In this document: positions 27,701 to 32,000 of the stretch, in pieces | Layout: each line of letters begins with the position of its first letter | Position numbering within the stretch: the stretch's first letter is position 1 | Assembly (NCBI GenBank): GCA_025839675.1 | Contig: CP104013.1 | Span: forward strand, 540,001 to 572,000 | Length of the DNA: 32,000 nt | Direction of reading: 5' to 3' | From: Candidatus Lokiarchaeum ossiferum | Lineage (GTDB): Archaea > Asgardarchaeota > Lokiarchaeia > Sigyniarchaeales > Promethearchaeaceae | Position numbers and translations under genes: made by a program | The notes under the pieces: model-generated | The model's input: only the letters and a program-made list of their open reading frames with translations | The model's database searches: none | Told to the model about the DNA's origin: nothing

Positions 27701-30109
27701 AAACTCTACCAAACAGAAAATGATCCCTATTCGGAAATCCATGCGAAAGAGCATAGTGCTCAAGTGGATGGGAAAATGCGGGAAGAGTTTGAAGATAATT
27801 TCAAAGCAACAAAGAAAGAAAGCTTAAACGTATTGGTGTGCACCCCCACCATGGAATTGGGGATAGATATCGGTGACCTGTCCGCGATTATTATGCGGAA
27901 TGTACCCCCCGATCCCAGTCGCTATGCCCAACGAGCCGGAAGGGCAGGAAGAAAAAATCAACCCTCAATTATTGTGGTATTCTGTGGGACCGGATATGCC
28001 AAAGGACCGCATGATCAATACTTTTATCAGCGCCCGGATCTCATAGTTTCTGGAAAGATCGAACCACCTAATTTTCTCTTGGATAATCGGAAACTGATTC
28101 AACGGCATTTGCATTCGATGATCTTTGAACATATGGATACTAAAATTTCGCAAAAATTAGGGGCGAACTGGGATCTGCAGAATGATAACACTCAACCACC
28201 ATTTCCGATGCATGAAGGTTTGAAAAACCAAATCGATCGGGAAATCCTCCGTAAAAAAGCAGTCTTACTTTCTCAAATCCAATTGGCCTTTACAGCAGAA
28301 ATTGGGAAATTTGATAAATGGTTCAATGAAGATTTTATCCTTAGTATTATCTCCCAGTTTCGATCCCGGCTCGATAAAATTTTCGATGAATTTCGGGATG
28401 ATTACTACATACTCTTAGATGAACTTGATTTTCTGCATTCAAAGACGCGAACGGGAGATACTTCCTATAAGAAAGATCGCAAATATTCCGCGCTAAAATT
28501 TAAGTTGAAAAAGATTACCGAAGGTAATCTACCGTATACAACCTTTTCCTATCTCTCCAATTATGGGTTTATTCCGAACTATGGATTCTCGAGTTCTGCA
28601 TCCATGGTGTCCATGTATAACCTGAGTAAAGATAAAACTTTTGATTTATGGCGTTCTTCTGTCATTGCCATCCGGGAATATGCTCCTTATAATCAGATTT
28701 ATTTCCTCGGCAATAAATACCAAGTGACTAAAGCAGAGGTGAGAACCACTAAAGGCAAAATTGAAGTGCAGGATATGTATATCTGCCCGTATTGTGAAGA
28801 GATCTTGATGGATACACCCCAGCAAAAAGTAAAGTGTCTTTCGAATTGTCTGAGTTGTCAAAACCCAATTGATAATGGACAATTCAAGTATGCCTTCGAG
28901 TTTCCGCACATGTCCTCAATCAATAAAGAACGAATTACCTGTGATGAAGAAGCACGGATGGTCAAAGGCTATGAAGTTTCCATGAACTACAAATGGACCA
29001 ATAAAGCGAAAGAATATCAAATTATCGAAACTAAGAATGATAACGCATTAGTGGAATTGTCCTATGAGCATAATGGGAAAATTTTCATTGTGAATAAGGG
29101 CGTGGTGAAAAGTGATAAAAACAACCCGAATGAATCTAATTTAGAACCCTTTTATTATTGTAGTGCCTGTGGGGCGTGGTTACATGAAACACAAGTGAAT
29201 ACTCACTTGGATAATTGTGAGCGAAATGGCACAAGTGAAAATCTCTATAATGATGGATATTGGCTCTTTGTCGAAGGGAATCATGATGTGTTAGAATTTA
29301 AGGTACCATTCATAGGACCAGTACATCCTTCTATTAAAGAAATTCTGACATTCTACACCACAATGAAAGAGACTATCACCCAATCAATCTTGATAACGTT
29401 CAATTTAGGGGAAAATGAAATCATGCGTTTCCTCCGACCTCAGCAAGGTACGGACAATTTTTCTATTGTAATCTTTGAGAAAGAAGAAGGTGGCACAGGA
29501 ATATTGAAATCGCTGCTGAATCCCGAAATTACACGGTTTGACCAGTTTATTAAAAATCTGAAACGAATTCTTCATGTGGAAAAATTAGTTCCTTATCAAG
29601 AAACTCGGGATGCGTGCCATAAAGCATGCTATAACTGTCTCTTAGGGTTCCGCAATCAATTTGAGCACGAGTATTTGGACCGGAAGAGTATCCTCCCAAT
29701 AATCACTCGGCTAGAACAAATCACTTTAGAAGCAAAGAAGAATGAATCAGAGAATGCTGAAGATCATTTCACTCAACTCTTGGACCAATGTGATTCAGAT
29801 CTCGAAAAACTGGTTTTAAAGGAAATTCAAAAACAAAACTTGCATTTTCCCACCGAAGCACAGAAAACCTATTTCCAAGGTGATACTCCCATAGTAACTG
29901 CCGATTTCTTCTATACACCCGAAACCTATATCTTTGTCGATGGCCCTCCTCATGAACAAGATCATGTGGAACTTGATGATAAAAACAAACGTGGAATATT
30001 AGAAAGTCATGGTAAAATCGTGATTGAAATGGATTTTTGTGATGGGCTATATAAACACCAGCCAGAATTAATTAAAAAAGAAGTGCAAAAGTTGAAACAA
30101 TATTTATAA
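24758..30109 (+). CDS. drmA: DEAD/DEAH-box helicase + DUF1998 (MrfA-type Zn-binding) + C-terminal Vsr/DUF559-like endonuclease; DISARM DrmA-DrmB fusion-like (1783 aa)
   Basis: Motif I 'VSTGTGSGKSLCY' (nt ~25097-25120). Motif II 'LVLDEIHTY' (25514-25525). Motif III 'GTSATI'. Motif V 'VCTPTMELGIDIGDL'. Motif VI 'RYAQRAGRAGR' (~27929-27952). Zn-ribbon-like CxxC clusters lie between motifs III and V ('FCRNCGHEF', 'LCPSCNIFY', 'CPKCHKVFYF..C..NCP'). DUF1998-type clusters: 'CPYCEE...CLSNCLSC' (from nt 28784) and 'ACHKACYNCLLGFRNQFEHEYLDR' (~29615-29690). C-terminus 'ADFFYTPETYIFVDGPPHEQDHVELDDKNKRGILESHGKIVIEM' (nt ~29900-30035) fits the DUF559/Vsr-like pattern aDF....iE/fVDG..H......D..R...L...G..V. 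Confidence 0.85.
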   Translation: MPEQLKRQKPQNIFLMADRLQETYEQFVRSFQYFQNEKIQTWVDDQMEKHDLLFRDPYIELNFQFENGIPLAEMVTQNYMHARIPEIFKISPYKHQSQAITRILKENQNIIVSTGTGSGKSLCYWIPIINTCLEMKQKGLDGIKAIVIFPMNALANSQYNALVDTIQDYTDLKVGRYTGDTAYSRKEGEKLLEERATREPYKCEYLSRQEMQDNPPDILITNYVMLDLLLMRHDDKKLFPGKHEGHLKYLVLDEIHTYNGNTGSDVACLVRRLKEKTNTIGKLRCIGTSATIQDNKKDTDPNQPSSIIEFAEKIFGEPFTNNSLITATHIKSDVTFDKIVKLPKTIKIDTEELNAFDGTLPTTIPIANKLLASPLTSEEVGDEFQLGVKFEYHETILFLQDQLKEIAQSLKDLATTYRSKLRPGESEAKCLQELKAAFLVGTVGKITKNEEKRPLIVPKLHLFFSRGHDIHSSLTQLGPYPTIDGNVICHETEYKTYPMYFCRNCGHEFYSVIISEDNMVYPRNLDEEQPGKLFYLTPITDANNNWEVPEQWINTKGDVKKSYQPAQPTRTLYCPKHNVIESTCGCPKVLEVWQIAYPIQLCPSCNIFYTKRKGEYGKLFSFNSTGRSSSTDVLTAKLLRNLSRDQKKLIVFTDNRQDTSLQAEHLNEFQRRLNFRQIMLGVLQKIHTHGDRITDLEIGNYIFAYLSETGKLPEYSIEEADEFSSAPPPIIEYKSFLTYLAVSDIMQSNYFLDLNLDKLGILKIEYDMLHKLAGHSQLTNHFIFKRYNPTQNYDYMRGLLDIFRWNGAIANGNFSKSGSKFKQWERKIKADLLFDINKNHFTNFGYTFEIPKNPKTNKRSRVLYDNYAVSLKSLTGNNSVILNWTQKFFKVEKEDAEKIIIEMIQILEKTKFIQKIWADRPKTDFYQIAEGKILFKLNAEEQFQQCPKCHKVFYFDEFSECAWRNCPTLKSHIVDHDNYYYKLYQTENDPYSEIHAKEHSAQVDGKMREEFEDNFKATKKESLNVLVCTPTMELGIDIGDLSAIIMRNVPPDPSRYAQRAGRAGRKNQPSIIVVFCGTGYAKGPHDQYFYQRPDLIVSGKIEPPNFLLDNRKLIQRHLHSMIFEHMDTKISQKLGANWDLQNDNTQPPFPMHEGLKNQIDREILRKKAVLLSQIQLAFTAEIGKFDKWFNEDFILSIISQFRSRLDKIFDEFRDDYYILLDELDFLHSKTRTGDTSYKKDRKYSALKFKLKKITEGNLPYTTFSYLSNYGFIPNYGFSSSASMVSMYNLSKDKTFDLWRSSVIAIREYAPYNQIYFLGNKYQVTKAEVRTTKGKIEVQDMYICPYCEEILMDTPQQKVKCLSNCLSCQNPIDNGQFKYAFEFPHMSSINKERITCDEEARMVKGYEVSMNYKWTNKAKEYQIIETKNDNALVELSYEHNGKIFIVNKGVVKSDKNNPNESNLEPFYYCSACGAWLHETQVNTHLDNCERNGTSENLYNDGYWLFVEGNHDVLEFKVPFIGPVHPSIKEILTFYTTMKETITQSILITFNLGENEIMRFLRPQQGTDNFSIVIFEKEEGGTGILKSLLNPEITRFDQFIKNLKRILHVEKLVPYQETRDACHKACYNCLLGFRNQFEHEYLDRKSILPIITRLEQITLEAKKNESENAEDHFTQLLDQCDSDLEKLVLKEIQKQNLHFPTEAQKTYFQGDTPIVTADFFYTPETYIFVDGPPHEQDHVELDDKNKRGILESHGKIVIEMDFCDGLYKHQPELIKKEVQKLKQYL

Positions 30110-30343
30110 TTAATCAAAATAAATGAACGGAATATGACTGATGAACGAATAATTTGGCAAGAATCTGCTTGAGATAAAGATCGAAATTATATTAATATCT
30201 GTTTAAAATATAATGTAATTTTAAATGGTCCGGGTCGATTTGGTCCTTGGCCAAAGTGTGAACCAGAACTTCGAGAATATGGAAGAGAAATAGGAATAGA
30301 TAAGGGTCGAAAGGTAGAAGATTTACGCAGATTCGCAGAACAG

Positions 30344-31249
30344 ATGAAGGAAGGAGATATTGTTTTATTACGTTTAGGCACCGATCAAATTCATGCGGTA
30401 GGAATTGTTGTAGGAGATTATCGTTATAATGAGTTGTTCGCTGATGTAGATGGATGGGATATTCAACATGTTCGTCGAGTAAAATGGATCTGGCCAAATT
30501 CAATATATGGTGAGAAAGTTAAAAAGTTTCCAACTTATTCTGCAAAAAGTGGAGATACAACTCAGTTGCTTGGAGAAAATAGCAAAAGAAAACCCATTTT
30601 AGATTGGTTTAATGAATTGGAAATTAGTTTTGATGAAATAAATTTAAGTTTACCCCCTCTTCCAGAAATAGAAATCGATAATCGAAATATAACTTTAGAT
30701 TTAATTGGAGAATTTCTTTTCGATAAAGGGGTATCTTATCAATCAATTGAAAATCTAAAACAAGTTATTGATGATCTTCAAATGATTGCTAAATGGTATG
30801 ATGGAGATGCGAAACTAAAACCATCGGAATATGAAACAGAATGCTATCTAATCATACCTTTACTAAGAGCATTAGGTTGGACTCCCCAAAAAATGAAATT
30901 AGAATATAGTCCTCCCAAACATCGAAAACGAATTGATATTGCTTTATTTACATATTTACCAAGAAATGAAGAAAACATTACTACAATTGTCGAAGCTAAA
31001 AAAAAAGGGAGATCTATATTCAGAGCATTTAATCAAGCAAAAAATTATGCAGATACGAATGTTAATATAAAAAAAATCATCGTTTCGGATGGAATACGAT
31101 ATGCTGTTTATTTCAAGAAAGAGAATAAATGGAAATTACATGCTTATTTAAATCTAATTCGATTTCAGATTGATTATCCTATTTATAATTGTTCAGGTAC
31201 ATTAGAAGCGTTATGGACTATGACACCAGAATGGAAAGAAGGTTTTTAA
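30344..31249 (+). CDS. HsdR-N-type PD-(D/E)xK nuclease-domain protein; annotated from the first ATG after an in-frame TGA, likely a disrupted longer gene starting at ATG 30134
   Basis: C-terminal 'ECYLIIPLLRALGWTP....RIDIALFTY....TTIVEAKKKGRSI..FNQAKNYA....KKIIVSDGIRYAVYF' is the classic type I R-subunit N-terminal nuclease pattern (D...ExK...Q..Y....TNG..w.ly). The same frame is open upstream from 30173. With ATG 30134 it reads 'MTDERIIWQESA[TGA]DKDRNYINICLKYNVILNGPGRFG...'. ATG 30344 has no SD. Confidence 0.65.
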   Translation: MKEGDIVLLRLGTDQIHAVGIVVGDYRYNELFADVDGWDIQHVRRVKWIWPNSIYGEKVKKFPTYSAKSGDTTQLLGENSKRKPILDWFNELEISFDEINLSLPPLPEIEIDNRNITLDLIGEFLFDKGVSYQSIENLKQVIDDLQMIAKWYDGDAKLKPSEYETECYLIIPLLRALGWTPQKMKLEYSPPKHRKRIDIALFTYLPRNEENITTIVEAKKKGRSIFRAFNQAKNYADTNVNIKKIIVSDGIRYAVYFKKENKWKLHAYLNLIRFQIDYPIYNCSGTLEALWTMTPEWKEGF

Positions 31250-31255
31250 TTCAAT

Positions 31256-32000
31256 CTAATTGTCACTTTCACGCGCAGCGAGATATAGCTTCCATTTACT
31301 TTTTTTCTTATCAAATTTAGGATTAAAGATCGCCATCCCAGGGGTAAACTCAATTATGAGTGAATTGCTATTAGTTTTTTCATTTTCAATAGATTTTAGA
31401 TTTTTCTCGCATACTATTGATAAAACTTCAAATATTTCTTGAAGTTCGGATAACGAAAAGTAGGATGCATATTTTTCCTTTAATTTTTTTAATTTATTGG
31501 ATAAGGCGGAAGAATCGTTATTCTTTATGAAAACACATCCACCCAAGTCATTTTCCATAAATATTAAATTTTCATGGAGAGTTCGGTACGAATTCCCCCA
31601 AGATCTAGGTTTTATTACGGGATTTACATGTATATTGGAATTTTCTCGAATTTGTTTTTTATATCTTAATTTTCCATGAGGATCAATGATAACAGAGAAT
31701 TGTTCATCAATTGGTGAGAGAATTACTACCGAATGAGTATACACTTGAAGGAAAACATCATCAAATTCTCCTTGTTGTGTAATCTGATTCAATGTTTTAA
31801 TTGTATCATTTATCAGTCCAAAATTGAGTTTAATTTGTGAAACTTTACTTGAAATTTGGATAGGAGATTTATTCGTGCCGATTCCTATGGTATGCATGGC
31901 ATTCATGGCAAAATGAGGATTTATTACCGCCGGGAAATAGTTTTTCCAAAATTGTATAAAATTCGGAATATTCTGATTGATGTTCAAGTATTCAGGATTA
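31256..32000 (-). CDS. hypothetical protein, 5-prime partial (runs off right window edge)
   Basis: The minus-strand frame remains open past the TTG listed at 31987 (..NPEYLNINQN..) to the window end. The TAG stop at 31256-31258 lies 6 nt from the stop of the convergent gene. No motif recognised. Confidence 0.55.
   Translation of the reverse strand, partial: NPEYLNINQNIPNFIQFWKNYFPAVINPHFAMNAMHTIGIGTNKSPIQISSKVSQIKLNFGLINDTIKTLNQITQQGEFDDVFLQVYTHSVVILSPIDEQFSVIIDPHGKLRYKKQIRENSNIHVNPVIKPRSWGNSYRTLHENLIFMENDLGGCVFIKNNDSSALSNKLKKLKEKYASYFSLSELQEIFEVLSIVCEKNLKSIENEKTNSNSLIIEFTPGMAIFNPKFDKKKSKWKLYLAARESDN

Noticed and set aside
28436-28459. 'HSKTRTGD' in the DrmA/B-like protein matches the minimal PLD HxK(x)4D pattern. 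It could have been a hidden DrmC-like PLD site.
   Set aside because: The rest of the HKD signature is absent: there is no hydrophobic context and no downstream GSxN. It also occurs only once, in a helical linker-like region. It is most likely a chance match.
30170-30172. Possible alternative genetic code (UGA read as Gly or Trp). No visible gene terminates with TGA (9 TAA, 3 TAG), and the one in-frame TGA sits where a Gly is expected.
   Set aside because: ORFs of 1206-1783 aa are uninterrupted under the standard code, so they contain no in-frame TGA at all. All Trp residues in them are TGG. A UGA-sense organism would scatter TGA through such genes. 0 of 12 TGA stops is unremarkable in an AT-rich genome. 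A GGA to TGA nonsense mutation is the simpler explanation.
30192-30503. 103-aa minus-strand ORF (and 30187-30381) opposite the start of the HsdR-N-like nuclease gene.
   Set aside because: The plus-strand frame over the same DNA encodes a domain-like sequence continuous with the downstream nuclease. The minus-strand ORFs have no supporting features.
1-32000. Scanned for CRISPR repeats, tRNA/rRNA-like segments, IS terminal inverted repeats, integrase or transposase ORFs and reverse transcriptase (retron/DGR) signatures.
   Set aside because: None recognised by eye. The only substantial repeat is the paralogous methyltransferase duplication reported above.

Overview
AT-rich (roughly 30% GC by eye) prokaryotic accessory region that is almost entirely defence or anti-defence genes. 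Taxon cannot be assigned from the sequence. Several genes have AGGAG/GGAG Shine-Dalgarno-like sites. All 12 visible stop codons are TAA or TAG. No rRNA, tRNA, CRISPR array, transposase or integrase was seen.

Left to right:
(1) nt 1-6163: a co-directional three-gene cluster. It holds an unknown protein cut by the window edge, a 1206-aa PD-(D/E)xK nuclease plus P-loop/helicase-like fusion, and an FRG-domain protein with a family-4-like uracil-DNA-glycosylase (UDG) fold at its C-terminus.
(2) nt 6229-7293, minus strand: an ArdC-like anti-restriction protein (ssDNA-binding N-domain plus HExxH metalloprotease).
(3) nt 7517-12208: a 1563-aa protein with NERD nuclease, P-loop NTPase and a long helical-repeat region (STAND/Avs-like layout). 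A small Smr-like ORF interrupted by an in-frame TAA follows it.
(4) nt 12689-13537: a stand-alone CBS-pair protein with a C-terminal HEPN-type R-N-x3-H motif.
(5) nt 14073-30109: a tightly packed 16-kb operon resembling class 1 DISARM. It contains an SNF2 helicase, two tandem paralogous N6-adenine methyltransferases, and a 1783-aa helicase-DUF1998 fusion ending in a Vsr/DUF559-like endonuclease. The two methyltransferases share a ~610-aa N-terminal half but have different catalytic and specificity halves. No PLD gene is present.
(6) nt 30134-31249: an HsdR-N-type PD-(D/E)xK nuclease gene in the position where drmC would sit. Its conserved-looking N-terminal extension is broken by an in-frame TGA.
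(7) nt 31256-32000, minus strand: a convergent unknown gene that runs off the right edge.

The best candidates for undescribed biology are the non-canonical DISARM-like operon, the nuclease-helicase/FRG-UDG cluster, the NERD-NTPase giant protein and the CBS-HEPN gene. All functional calls rest on motifs read by eye from the translations. No database search was run.
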